A DNA stretch of 64,000 nucleotides from an uncultured Comamonadaceae bacterium (GCA_966111775.1 CBHWBD010000003.1:2300-66299); one strand, 5' to 3'; counted from the stretch's first letter, positions 27,581-37,067 are shown. The notes: generated by a model from the letters alone, not told the origin. Numbers and translations are program-made.

Positions 27581-28143
27581 GGACGGGCTCCGGTCAGCGC
27601 GACGAGATAGCGGGCTGGCTTGGCGCCGGGGTTGTGGAAGCGGATAGGCGCGTCCAGGCGCATGGCCAGGCAGTCGCCGGGATTGAGCTGCCACTGCTCG
27701 CTGCCGTGGCCTATCTCCATGACACCGTCGATCATCCAGACCTGCTGGTGGATGTCGGCATCACGCTCCGAGGTCTCGAAGGAGACGCGCTGGCCGGCGG
27801 GAAAGAGCACGTCCACCAGCTGCAGCGGCGACACGCCCGGGGGCGAGACATTGCGGCGGCGATAGCCCGAGGCGGGATCGTCCCAGACCGGCTGCTCGTC
27901 CACGCGGGCCAGCGGCGACGGCGCAGCCGCCGGCGGGCCCGTCTCGAACATCGACGCGACGCTGACGCCGAGGGCCGACGACAGCTTGTCCAGCACGACG
28001 GCCGTTGGGCTGCTCTGGCCGCGCTCGATCAGCGAGATGTTGGAGCGGCTGACCCCGCTCTTCTGAGCCAGCGCGTCCAGTGACAGGCCGGCGGCCGAGC
28101 GCAGTTCATGCAGGCGGCGACCAATGCGTTGCGTGATGTCCAT
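27577..28143 (-). CDS. XRE-family HTH/cupin regulator
   Basis: LSLDALAQKSGVSRSNISLIERG; C-terminal cupin. Confidence 0.9.
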   Translation of the reverse strand: MDITQRIGRRLHELRSAAGLSLDALAQKSGVSRSNISLIERGQSSPTAVVLDKLSSALGVSVASMFETGPPAAAPSPLARVDEQPVWDDPASGYRRRNVSPPGVSPLQLVDVLFPAGQRVSFETSERDADIHQQVWMIDGVMEIGHGSEQWQLNPGDCLAMRLDAPIRFHNPGAKPARYLVALTGARP

Positions 28144-28146
28144 GCA

Positions 28147-28184
28147 TTCCAGTTTACTGGAAATTCTCTTCCATCAAAATGGAA
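28147..28184. promoter_or_regulatory. Tandem palindromic operators, probably XRE autoregulation
   Basis: TTCCAG-TTTA-CTGGAA (28147-28162) and TTCCAT-CAAA-ATGGAA (28169-28184). Confidence 0.7.
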
Positions 28185-29166
28185 TTGCACGTTCAACGGC
28201 GCGGCGCCAGGCCGGGTCGGGCCAGCGGCGGCCCAGGCGCCAGGCGGCGTGGGTGAGCTTGATGACGTGGGCGTCTTCCTGCTCACAGGCAGCCGCGATG
28301 AGCGCGGGCCAGGGGCGGCTGGGTGCGTGGTCGAGAGTCGACGCAGGCGCCGCGCCGCTGGCCAGCAGACCGGCCGCGGCGGCGACGCTGAAGCCCCGCG
28401 CGAGCTCGGGCGCCGGCCACCAGGGCTCGAGCACGCTCATCGCATGGCTGCCGGTCAGCAGATGCAGCACGGTGAAGTTGCCGGTCGCCGCATAGGTACG
28501 GGCGGCCAGCAGGGCGAGGTCGCGCAGCATGTCGGGCCCATGACGCAGGCGGCCGGCGACGGCGGCGAAGTCGGGGGATGAAGCCCAGGCCTCCATGCGA
28601 CCGTGGATCAGGCTGCCGGCCGGATAGCTCGGGCGCGGCAGCCGCTGCAGGGCTTCAAGCCAATCGGTCAGTTCCAGCGGCGCACCGTCGTTCGTCGTCG
28701 GCAGGCGCAGGAAGTGCGCCGCCCAGTGGGCCAGGCCGAAAGCGAGTTCACCCTCATGGCCGGCCAGCACGGCATGACCGGTGCGGATCACGCCGTGGAA
28801 GGCGATGGCGCCGACACCGTCGAGCAGCCGGGGCAAGGCTTCGCGCAGCGTGGCCGCCGAGCCGATCGCCTCGATGCGCGCAGCGAAATGGACGTGCCAA
28901 GCGGCCTCGCTGTCCGGGCGTCCCAGGTCGCGCTCGTAGCTGACGCTGGCCGGGCGGGCGGCGACGCGCGGCTCAAGGTGGGCTTCATAGGCCTCGCTCC
29001 AGGCCTGCAGCCGCGCCGCCGAGGCGCCCAGCTCCAGCAGGGCCTGCTGGGCCATGGGCAGGTGGTTGCTCAGGCGACCCCGGTAAGTCGGCGACAGCGC
29101 CGCTCCCGCGTCGAGCAGGTGGTGCAGCTGGGCCAGGGTGGCGGGCGCAGGCGTGGCGGTCTTCAT
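28174..29166 (-). CDS. Questin-oxidase-family (DUF4243-like) protein
   Basis: LSNHLPM, AFHGVIR, FTVLHLLTG and DAHVIKL histidine motifs. Confidence 0.75.
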   Translation of the reverse strand: MKTATPAPATLAQLHHLLDAGAALSPTYRGRLSNHLPMAQQALLELGASAARLQAWSEAYEAHLEPRVAARPASVSYERDLGRPDSEAAWHVHFAARIEAIGSAATLREALPRLLDGVGAIAFHGVIRTGHAVLAGHEGELAFGLAHWAAHFLRLPTTNDGAPLELTDWLEALQRLPRPSYPAGSLIHGRMEAWASSPDFAAVAGRLRHGPDMLRDLALLAARTYAATGNFTVLHLLTGSHAMSVLEPWWPAPELARGFSVAAAAGLLASGAAPASTLDHAPSRPWPALIAAACEQEDAHVIKLTHAAWRLGRRWPDPAWRRAVERAIPF

Positions 29167-29205
29167 CAGCATGGCAAGGCGTCTCGGCTGTGGGAACATG
29201 GCGCC

Positions 29206-29236
29206 ATGCTCGAAGTTCAAGTGGACTTGAAGTCAA
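29206..29236 (-). promoter_or_regulatory. SoxR-type promoter/operator
   Basis: TTGACT-19 bp-GAGCAT on the minus strand with dyad TTCAAGT-GG-ACTTGAA (29216-29231). Confidence 0.8.
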
Positions 29237-29694
29237 GCCCCGATCAACCGACCGCGCCGCTGACCATCGGCCAGTTGGCCAAGCGCTCGGGCGTGGCGAC
29301 CAGCGCCCTGCGCTTCTACGAGGCCGAGGGCCTGATCGCCGGCAGCCGCAGCGCCGGCGGGCATCGCCAATACCCCCGGCATGTGCTGCGCCGCGTGGCC
29401 TTCATCCGCGCCGCCCAGGTGGTGGGGCTGACGCTGCCACAGATCAAGGCGGCCCTGGCCACCCTGCCCCAGGGCCGCACGCCGACCAAGGCCGACTGGA
29501 CGCGGCTGTCGGCTGGCTGGGCACCGCTGCTGGACGAGCGCATCGCCGCCCTGCAGCAGCTGCGCGAAAGGCTGACCGGCTGCATCGGCTGCGGCTGCCT
29601 GTCGCTGAAGGCCTGCGCCCTCTACAACCCCGAGGACGTCAAGCGCGGCGAGGGTGCGGGGGCCAGGCTTCTGCGCATCGAAACCGCGACTTGA
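29206..29694 (+). CDS. soxR: Redox-sensitive activator SoxR (start may be 29221 or 29227)
   Basis: MerR HTH (SALRFYE) and the [2Fe-2S] motif GCIGCGCLSLKAC. Confidence 0.93.
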   Translation: MLEVQVDLKSSPDQPTAPLTIGQLAKRSGVATSALRFYEAEGLIAGSRSAGGHRQYPRHVLRRVAFIRAAQVVGLTLPQIKAALATLPQGRTPTKADWTRLSAGWAPLLDERIAALQQLRERLTGCIGCGCLSLKACALYNPEDVKRGEGAGARLLRIETAT

Positions 29695-29762
29695 CCCCTT
29701 GGCGACGTTGGGCTGTCACTTCCGGGCGAAAATCCCCGGGTTAACCCGTCAAAAACACCGCC

Positions 29763-30539
29763 ATGAGTGCCTTCCACGAAGAGACCGTCCTGACCGTCCA
29801 TCACTGGACCGACCGCCTGTTCAGCTTCACGACGACGCGCGACCAGGCCCTGCGCTTCTCCAACGGCCACTTCACGATGATCGGCCTCAAGGGCGAGAAC
29901 GGCAAACCGTTGCTGCGCGCCTACAGCATCGTCAGCGCCAACTACGAGGAACAGCTCGAGTTCCTCAGCATCAAGGTGCCGGACGGCCCGCTGACCTCGA
30001 AGCTGCAGCACATCAAGCCGGGCGACAAGATCGTCGTCGGCCGCAAGCCCACGGGCACCCTGCTGATCGACTACCTGCTGCCGGGCAAGACCCTCTATCT
30101 GCTGGGCAGCGGCACGGGCCTGGCCCCCTTCATCAGCATCGTGCGCGACCCCGAGACCTACGAGCGCTTCGAGAAGGTCGTGATCGTGCACGGCGTGCGC
30201 CACATCAACGAGCTGGCCTATCACGACCACCTCACCGTCGACCTGCACCAGCACGAGTTCCTCGGCGAGTTCGCCAGCGAGCAGTTGCTCTACTACCCGA
30301 CGGTCACCCGCGAGCCCTACAAGAACATGGGCCGCATCACCGACCTGATCCAGACCGGCAAGCTGCAGGCCGACCTGGGCCTGCCGCCGCTGGACCCCGA
30401 GAACGACCGCATCATGCTGTGCGGCAGCCCGGCCCTGCTGAAGGACATGCAGGAGATGCTGGAGATCCGCGGCTTCAAGGAAGGCAGCACGACGACGCCC
30501 GGTGACTACGTCATCGAGCGGGCCTTCGTGGAGAAATGA
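29763..30539 (+). CDS. fpr: Ferredoxin--NADP+ reductase
   Basis: RAYSI, GPLTS, GTGLAPF, MLCGS, ERAFVEK. Confidence 0.95.
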   Translation: MSAFHEETVLTVHHWTDRLFSFTTTRDQALRFSNGHFTMIGLKGENGKPLLRAYSIVSANYEEQLEFLSIKVPDGPLTSKLQHIKPGDKIVVGRKPTGTLLIDYLLPGKTLYLLGSGTGLAPFISIVRDPETYERFEKVVIVHGVRHINELAYHDHLTVDLHQHEFLGEFASEQLLYYPTVTREPYKNMGRITDLIQTGKLQADLGLPPLDPENDRIMLCGSPALLKDMQEMLEIRGFKEGSTTTPGDYVIERAFVEK

Positions 30540-30541
30540 AG

Positions 30542-30674
30542 GCCCCTCGCCCAGTCTTGCCGCGCTGAACGCGGGCAAGCCTGGTCGGTCCCCCGAGGGG
30601 ACGGCGATGCAAGCGGCATTGAGCCGCTTGCACATCGCCTGCGGGCCGGCTAGGGGCGGCCCGGCGCCAGTCCG
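30542..30674. repeat. Structured dispersed repeat, copy B (long form)
   Basis: Highly similar to 60157-60293; nested hairpins; lies between convergent genes. Confidence 0.85.
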
Positions 30675-30691
30675 CGCCAAACAGCGCGCGG

Positions 30692-31525
30692 CTACATCCC
30701 TTTGAACAGATGCGTATAGCTGCGGCTGACCTCGAGCTTCTCGGTCAGGCCGCGCACGCCCACCATCTGGCGGCCGCGGAAGTCGCGGGTGATGCCGTCG
30801 ATGGCGCGGGCATTGACCAGGGTCGAGCGGTGGATCTGCCAGAACAGCTGGGGGTCCAGCTCGTCCACCAGCTCCTTGATGGGCTTGCGGATCAGGGCCT
30901 CGATCTTGGCCGTCTGCACGCGCGTGTATTTCTCGTCGCTGATGAAGAAGAGCACGTCCTCGACCGGAATCATCTGGATGGCCTGGCCGACGGTGGCCTG
31001 GATCCACTGCAGATAGGCCGGCTTGCCCGTCGGGTTCATCTGGCCGGACAGCTTGTGCAGCAGCTGCTGCAGCGGCACCGGCGCGCTGTCGCTGAAGTCG
31101 CCGGCCGGCGCCTCGCGCTGGGCCAGGCGCTTCTTGATGCGCGCCACCGTCAGCTGCAGGCGCTCGCGCTCGGCGGGCTTCAGCACATAGTCGGCCACGC
31201 CCTGCTCGAAGGCCTCGACGGCGTACTGGTCGTAGGCGGTGATGAAGACAATCTCGGGCACCAGCCAGGCCTCGTCCTCGGGCCCTTCATCTCCCATTTG
31301 GGCGATCTGGCGGGCCGCCTCCACGCCGGTCAGGCCGGGCATGCGGATGTCGAGGAAGACCAGGTCGGGCTTGTGCTCCTTGGTCAGCTCGACGGCCTCG
31401 AGGCCGTTCTTGGCCTCGGCCACGATGTCCAGCTCGGGCCAGACCTCGGTCAGTCGGGCGCGCAGCTGCTCGCGCATCAGTCTTTCGTCGTCGGCCAGAA
31501 CGGCGCGGATGGGTGCATTGCTCAT
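30692..31525 (-). CDS. LytTR-family response regulator
   Basis: ADDE, FLDIRMPG, TAYD, FWQIHRSTLVN, VSRSY. Confidence 0.93.
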   Translation of the reverse strand: MSNAPIRAVLADDERLMREQLRARLTEVWPELDIVAEAKNGLEAVELTKEHKPDLVFLDIRMPGLTGVEAARQIAQMGDEGPEDEAWLVPEIVFITAYDQYAVEAFEQGVADYVLKPAERERLQLTVARIKKRLAQREAPAGDFSDSAPVPLQQLLHKLSGQMNPTGKPAYLQWIQATVGQAIQMIPVEDVLFFISDEKYTRVQTAKIEALIRKPIKELVDELDPQLFWQIHRSTLVNARAIDGITRDFRGRQMVGVRGLTEKLEVSRSYTHLFKGM

Positions 31526-31546
31526 AGCCGACGATGCTAGTCCAGA

Positions 31547-31951
31547 TCAGACCGGCGTCGTCGAACGGGCGGCGTTGGCGCGGCGACGGTTGCGCAGCAC
31601 GACGAAGAACAGCAGGCCGAGCAGGATCAGCGGCGAACCGAGGACCGCGCCGACGCCGAGCAGGCTGGCAACCACCAGGGCCAGCACGCCGCCAACGACG
31701 ACCAGCGGCAGGGCCACGCCGAGCAGCAGCACCAGGGGCAGCACGACGACGCAGATCACGCCGGCGACGAAGAGGCCGATGCTGGCACCCAGCCAGTCGC
31801 CGAAGTCGCTGCCGCCGAGGAAGAACTCGCCATCATCCAGCACGATGTGCATGTCGGAGCCATGGTGGTGCAGCAGCGCGAAGCCACCGAACATCGCCAT
31901 CAGGACCATCAGCGCGGTGCCGATGAACAGGATCTTGAACAAGGTTTTCAT
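31547..31951 (-). CDS. Hypothetical membrane protein of the HK/LytTR operon
   Basis: Hydrophobic; ATGA overlap with the kinase gene. Confidence 0.75.
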   Translation of the reverse strand: MKTLFKILFIGTALMVLMAMFGGFALLHHHGSDMHIVLDDGEFFLGGSDFGDWLGASIGLFVAGVICVVVLPLVLLLGVALPLVVVGGVLALVVASLLGVGAVLGSPLILLGLLFFVVLRNRRRANAARSTTPV

Positions 31952-33384
31952 GCTGACGCTCCTTCGTCGTTGCGGCTGCGATAGGGCACGGTGATCGTGA
32001 CGACCGTGCCGCTGGGTTGGTTCTCGGTGACGGTGACGCTGGCGCGGGCGCCGTGCAGCAGTTGCAGGCGTTCGCGGATGTTGGCCAGGCCCACGCCGGT
32101 GCCTGAGGTGGCGGCGCGGCCGAAGCCCAGGCCCGTGTCGGCGACCGTGACGGCCAGCTTGCCATGCACGATCTCGGCCTTGACCTTGAGGCTGCCGCCC
32201 TCGGCCTTGGGCTCCAGGCCATGCTTGATGGCGTTCTCCACCAGGCCCTGGATCATCATGGGCGGGAATTCGGCGGACAGCAGGCCCTCGGGCACGTCGA
32301 TCTCGGTCTGCAGGCGCTCTTCCATGCGCATCTTCAGGATCTCGAGATAGGGCCGGATGACGGCCAGCTCGCGGCCCAGGTCGCGCACGGCACCGCTGGC
32401 GTTCGCCTCGCGCATGGTGGGCATGGAGGCCCGCAGCAGCGCGATGAGGTTCTTCTGCATCTGGCTGGCGCGTGGCGGGTCGACCTCGATGAGGTGGTCG
32501 ATGGAGGCCAGGGTGTTGAACAGGAAGTGGGGCTCGACCTGCGCCTGCATGGCGGCCATGCGGGCCTCGATAACCTGGCGCTTCAGGGCCTCGCTCTCGG
32601 CGTTCTCGGTGGCCTGCGCGGCCTTGACCTCGGCCTGGATGCGGCCCTTGTACATGGCCTTGATGACGGCCGAGGCCAGGATCCACAGGGTTGCCAGGTC
32701 GACCAGGGAGTCGCCGGCATGCACGATGGTGACGCGGCGGCGGCTCTGGGCGTCGGCGGCTTCCTCGGCGGCTTCCTGCAGCGCGGCCTGGGCCTCGGCG
32801 GCGGCCTGCTGGGCATCCTTGACCTCCTCGGCCTCCTGCTTGAGCTGGCTGAGCTGCTCCTTGGCCTGGTCGATGGCGGCGCGGATGTCCTCGGGGCGGG
32901 TGCTCTTGGGGAAGTCCAGGGAGATGGCCGGCGCGTCGTCGGCCTTGGGCTCGCCGTCGTCGCCCTCGGTGCCGCTGGCGGCCGAGGCCGCGGGGCGCAC
33001 CGGCTGGATGCGCACGCCGCGCTCGTCGATCTTGACCTCGTAGTGGACGCCCTTGTCGGCCGCCTTCCTGCCGGCCTTGTCGACAGCCTTGCGGGCCTGC
33101 TCGACGGCCTTGCGGGCTTCGGCCTCGGCCTTGGCCTTGCGGCGCTCGGCGCCATGGTCGTGGTCCTCGACCTGCTCGCTGATGCGCCAGGTGAAGGGGG
33201 GCAGGTTCTTCAGCACGTTGACGCCGATCAGCAGGGCCAGCGACAGCAGCACGAAGCGCTTCCAGCTGATGCCGACCAGCCAGCCGGCATAGATGTGGAA
33301 GTAGCGCACCACCGTGGTGGAAAAACGCTGCCAGCGCTCGATCCAGAGCTTTTGCTGGGGGCTGGGGGAGAAGGAGGGAGTCAT
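31948..33384 (-). CDS. LytS/YehU-type sensor histidine kinase
   Basis: QVEPHFLFNTL, LVENAIKHG, DTGLG, GVGL.N. Confidence 0.92.
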   Translation of the reverse strand: MTPSFSPSPQQKLWIERWQRFSTTVVRYFHIYAGWLVGISWKRFVLLSLALLIGVNVLKNLPPFTWRISEQVEDHDHGAERRKAKAEAEARKAVEQARKAVDKAGRKAADKGVHYEVKIDERGVRIQPVRPAASAASGTEGDDGEPKADDAPAISLDFPKSTRPEDIRAAIDQAKEQLSQLKQEAEEVKDAQQAAAEAQAALQEAAEEAADAQSRRRVTIVHAGDSLVDLATLWILASAVIKAMYKGRIQAEVKAAQATENAESEALKRQVIEARMAAMQAQVEPHFLFNTLASIDHLIEVDPPRASQMQKNLIALLRASMPTMREANASGAVRDLGRELAVIRPYLEILKMRMEERLQTEIDVPEGLLSAEFPPMMIQGLVENAIKHGLEPKAEGGSLKVKAEIVHGKLAVTVADTGLGFGRAATSGTGVGLANIRERLQLLHGARASVTVTENQPSGTVVTITVPYRSRNDEGASA

Positions 33385-33554
33385 GGCCGGTTTGTCGTCG
33401 TTGGGGCCACTGTAAGCAGGCGGCCCGGGCGGCGTGGGGTCGAAGCGACACGCCGGCCCGACCGGGTGACGAACTGCATGGGGGCGCGACAGTCCGCGCG
33501 GCCGGGCGTGACAGGGCTGTGACCGCCCTGGCAATACTTCACGGATCGCCCAGC

Positions 33555-33577
33555 AAAAAGCCCGCCAAAGGGCGGGC
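33555..33577 (-). terminator. Intrinsic terminator after yceI
   Basis: GCCCGCC-N4-GGCGGGC followed by TTTTT on the minus strand. Confidence 0.75.
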
Positions 33578-33600
33578 TCGGAAGGGAAGGCGCGGCCAGC

Positions 33601-34179
33601 TTACTGCTTGACGGCTTCGATCTGGATGACGATGCGGACGCTGTCGGGGATGCCCGGCAGGCCGTAGTTGACGCCCCACTGGCTGCGCTGGATGGTGCCC
33701 TCGAAGTCGCCGCCGCAGACTTCGCGCTTGAGCATGGGGTTCTCGTAGCAGTTGAAGTTGTTGGCCGTCAGCGTGACCGGGTTGGTCTTGCCGCGCAGGG
33801 TCAGCTCGCCGGTGACGCTGGCCAGCTTGTCGCCGTTGAAGCTGAACTTGTCGCCGACGAACTTGGCCGTCGGGAACTGCTCGGCGGCGAAGAAGTCGTT
33901 GCTCTTCAGGTGGCGGTCGAAGCCCGGCACGCCGCTCGAGATGGAGTTCATGTCGAGGGTGACCTCGACCTTGCCGGTCTTGGCGGCCTTGTCCAGCGTG
34001 ACGGTGCCTTCCTTCTTGTCCCAGCGACCACGGTTGGTGCTGGTGCCGAAGTGCTTGGCCTCGAAGAACACGGTGGTGTGGGTCGGGTCGATGGCGTAGG
34101 TGGCGCTCTGGGCCTGGGCCTGAATGTGGGTGACAGCGATGGCGGCAGTCAGGGCGGTGAGCAGCAGGGCTTTCTTCAT
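33601..34179 (-). CDS. YceI-family lipid/polyisoprenoid-binding protein
   Basis: Signal peptide, IDPTHT, HLKS.DFF...FPTA.F, GELTLRG. Confidence 0.9.
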   Translation of the reverse strand: MKKALLLTALTAAIAVTHIQAQAQSATYAIDPTHTTVFFEAKHFGTSTNRGRWDKKEGTVTLDKAAKTGKVEVTLDMNSISSGVPGFDRHLKSNDFFAAEQFPTAKFVGDKFSFNGDKLASVTGELTLRGKTNPVTLTANNFNCYENPMLKREVCGGDFEGTIQRSQWGVNYGLPGIPDSVRIVIQIEAVKQ

Positions 34180-34227
34180 CGTGAAGGTCTCCGGGGGGGG
34201 GGGTGAAGAGGAAGGGAGGAAAAGAGG

Positions 34228-34761
34228 TTACAGGCCAGCGAAAGACAACTTGAACTTGACGGTCACATCGTTGGCCACCATGGAGGTGTCGGCCCATTCG
34301 CCGTCACCGATCTTGAAGTCCAGGCGCTTGATGCCAACGCTGCCGGCAGCCACGCCCTGGGCCAGGGTGATGGGCACGACGACGTCATGCGCGGCGCCCT
34401 TGATGGTCAGCTTGCCGGCGACGTCGTACTTGCCCGGGCCGGTGGCCTTGATGCTGCTGGACACAAATGTGGCCTTGCCGTTGCGCTTGGTGTCGAACCA
34501 GGGCGAGCCGGCCAGTTCCTTGTCGAAGGCCGGGTCGCCCAGGGACACGCTGCCCAGATCCACCGTGAAGGCGATCTTGCCGGCCTCAGGCTTCTTGGCG
34601 TCGAAGTCCAGCTGGGCTTCGAACTTCTTGAACTTGCCGTCGACCGGCACGCCCATCTGCTTGAAGGTGAAGCCGAGGTCGCTCTTCTCGGGCTGCAGCG
34701 TGGCGGCCTGGGCGGCCAGGGCGCTGGTGGCGATCAGCAGGGCGGAAAACAGGCGTTTCAT
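34228..34761 (-). CDS. YceI-family protein
   Basis: Signal peptide, FKQMGVPVDG.F, WFD, GKLTIKG, RLDF.IG.GEW. Confidence 0.9.
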   Translation of the reverse strand: MKRLFSALLIATSALAAQAATLQPEKSDLGFTFKQMGVPVDGKFKKFEAQLDFDAKKPEAGKIAFTVDLGSVSLGDPAFDKELAGSPWFDTKRNGKATFVSSSIKATGPGKYDVAGKLTIKGAAHDVVVPITLAQGVAAGSVGIKRLDFKIGDGEWADTSMVANDVTVKFKLSFAGL

Positions 34762-34773
34762 GGGAATCCTTGT

Positions 34774-35310
34774 TCAGGCGCGGCCGACACCCATGCGGGC
34801 AAGCAGGCCGTCGCGGTCAATGAATTGGTGCTTGAGGGCGGCGGCCAGATGGCCGGCGACGAGCAGGCCCAGGCCATAGGCGGCGAAGTGGTGAACCAGC
34901 TTCAGCGTCTCGGCGAGTTCCTTGTCCTTGCCCACGAAGTCGGGCAGCGGCAGCACGCCGAACCAGACGATGGGGAAGCCGGCCGCCGAGCTGTAGGCCC
35001 AGCCGGTCAGCGGCACGGCGAAGAAGAACAGATAGAGCAGGCTGTGCGTCAGATGGGCGGCGCGCAACTGCCAGGCCGGCATGGGGATGTCGACCGGCGG
35101 GCGGTGGGTCAGGCGCCACAGCAGGCGCAGGGCCGACAAGGCCAGGATGGTGACACCGGCCCATTTGTGCCAGTTGTAGAGCTTGAGCCGCGCCGGCGAG
35201 AACGGCAGGCCGGTCATGTACAGGCCCACGCCGAAGGCGCCGATGATGGCCAGCGCGAGCAACCAGTGCAGTGCGATGGCGACAGGGGTGTAACGGGTGG
35301 GGCTCGTCAT
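34774..35310 (-). CDS. Cytochrome b561 (YceJ-like)
   Basis: LHW, HKWAG, HSLLY, GHLAAALKH heme ligands. Confidence 0.9.
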   Translation of the reverse strand: MTSPTRYTPVAIALHWLLALAIIGAFGVGLYMTGLPFSPARLKLYNWHKWAGVTILALSALRLLWRLTHRPPVDIPMPAWQLRAAHLTHSLLYLFFFAVPLTGWAYSSAAGFPIVWFGVLPLPDFVGKDKELAETLKLVHHFAAYGLGLLVAGHLAAALKHQFIDRDGLLARMGVGRA

Positions 35311-35412
35311 GGGCATGCAGTGTGTTCCTCGCTGACCGGGCTTCGGTTCATGGCCCTTGTCGCCAATGTTCAGCGATTTTGAACACGCCAGCCCCTCAGG
35401 GGTCAATCCTGT

Positions 35413-36306
35413 TCAGCGCGAGCCTGGTTTCAGTCCCACCAGGAAGACCCCGACCATCACCAGCGCCGTGCCGAGCACGATCCAGGCATTCATGGGCTCG
35501 CCGAGGATGAAGACGCCCATCAGGATGGTGCTCATGGGGCCCACCATGCCGACCTGGGACGACAGCGGCGCGCCGATGCGGGCGATGGCCAGCATCACCA
35601 TCAGCACCGGCGCCACGGTGCAGGCCGTGGAGTTCAGCAGCGACAGCCACATCACCGGCTCGGGAACGGCGAAAGCGGCCAGCGGCTTGAGCACGAGGAA
35701 TTGCGCGATGCACAGCACGCAGGCCACGCTGCTGGCCAGGCCTGCCAGGCGCATCGAGCCCAGGCGCTGCACCACCTTGCCCGACAGCGCCAGATAGATG
35801 GCATAGCTGATGGCGCTGGCGAACACCAGGGCCGCACCGATGGCCGTGCTCCTGCCTTCGAAGCTCAGCTCGTGCGCGAACACTGCCACGACGCCGGCAT
35901 AGCTGATGGCCAGCGCGATGACCTGGCGTGCCTGCAATTTGTGATGAAAGAACACCACCGACAGCAGCAGCACCAAGGTCGGGTTCAGATACAGGATGAG
36001 GCGCTCCAGGCTGGCCGAGATATAGGCCAGGCCGGCGAAGTCCAGATAGCTGGCCAGGTAGTAGCCGGTGAAGCCCAGCACGGCGATGTCGCGCCAGTCC
36101 TGCCGGGTCAGTGACGGCTTGCCCCGCCCTGCCCACCCCGCCATGGCGAGGAACATGGGCAGGGCCAGCAGCATGCGCCACATCAGCAGCGTGACCGCAT
36201 CAACGCCGTAGCGGTAGGCCAGCTTGACGATGATGGCCTTGCCGGAAAAGCCGATGGCGCCCAGCACCGCCAGCAGCAGGCCGGGCCAGAGTGCCTTTGA
36301 ATTCAT
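35413..36306 (-). CDS. DMT/EamA transporter
   Basis: About 10 TM segments, ERLILYLNP, ILGEP. Confidence 0.88.
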   Translation of the reverse strand: MNSKALWPGLLLAVLGAIGFSGKAIIVKLAYRYGVDAVTLLMWRMLLALPMFLAMAGWAGRGKPSLTRQDWRDIAVLGFTGYYLASYLDFAGLAYISASLERLILYLNPTLVLLLSVVFFHHKLQARQVIALAISYAGVVAVFAHELSFEGRSTAIGAALVFASAISYAIYLALSGKVVQRLGSMRLAGLASSVACVLCIAQFLVLKPLAAFAVPEPVMWLSLLNSTACTVAPVLMVMLAIARIGAPLSSQVGMVGPMSTILMGVFILGEPMNAWIVLGTALVMVGVFLVGLKPGSR

Positions 36307-37067
36307 AGCAGTCCGTAGGCTGCGCGCAGCCGCGCTGCCACGCCGTTGAGCTCGAGGGCGCGCATGGCCATGACGACGCGCGCCAAGCGCTCCGGCGCCA
36401 GTCCGGGCGCGTGGGCCAGCAGTTGAGCGTCGGCATGGAAGGCGGTCGGCAGGATGCGCACGCGCGCCTGCAGACCCTCGGCCTCGATGACGTGGCGCAG
36501 CGTGGCGTCGGCCTGGTAAAAGAAGCGGCCGCGGCCGCCGAGCAGCTTGCGCAGGTTCTGTGCGTTGTCGGCGGCACCGGCGTCGACGATGAGGCCGGGC
36601 TGCTCAGCCAGGAAGCTCACATAGCCGGTGCCACGCGTCGCCAACACGACGCCCTGGCCACCGAGGGCACGGATGTCGTCGAAGCTGCGCACGTCGATGT
36701 GGTCGTCGGCGCGCACGGCCACCTGGTGGCGGATGTTGTAGAGGGGCGGCGTGTCGATGAAGCGAAAGCGCGCCGCGCGCTCGCGGGTCTTGAGCAGGCC
36801 GAAGAAGAGGTCGATGCGCTCAGCCGCCAGGTCGCTCTCGATGCGCATCAAGGGCATGGCCTCGTCCAGGCCGCTGAACTGCAGGCCGGGATCGACGCGC
36901 TGCAGGGCGCGCACATAGTCGACGCAGAAGCCCTGGGGGCCGTCGCCACCGGCATTGAACTTCAGCGTCATGCCGGCCTGGGCGATGGTGCGCAGCAGAT
37001 CGTCGGCCATGGCTGCACCACCGGCGAGGGCCAGTGCGCTGGCGATCAGGGGGCGGCGACCGATCAT
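36303..37067 (-). CDS. Substrate-binding periplasmic protein (family 3-like)
   Basis: Signal peptide, GFCVD, LLKTRER, KLLGGRGRF. Confidence 0.75.
   Translation of the reverse strand: MIGRRPLIASALALAGGAAMADDLLRTIAQAGMTLKFNAGGDGPQGFCVDYVRALQRVDPGLQFSGLDEAMPLMRIESDLAAERIDLFFGLLKTRERAARFRFIDTPPLYNIRHQVAVRADDHIDVRSFDDIRALGGQGVVLATRGTGYVSFLAEQPGLIVDAGAADNAQNLRKLLGGRGRFFYQADATLRHVIEAEGLQARVRILPTAFHADAQLLAHAPGLAPERLARVVMAMRALELNGVAARLRAAYGLL

Noticed and set aside
30542-30674. Repeat copies as a CRISPR array or simple terminators
   Set aside because: They are dispersed rather than tandem, with no spacers, cas genes or U-tracts.
31547-33451. Apparent long fusion ORFs (31547-33451, 8543-10471, 22242-23312)
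   Set aside because: Only the 3' parts are real genes with their own starts; the rest is open frame overlapping neighbouring genes.
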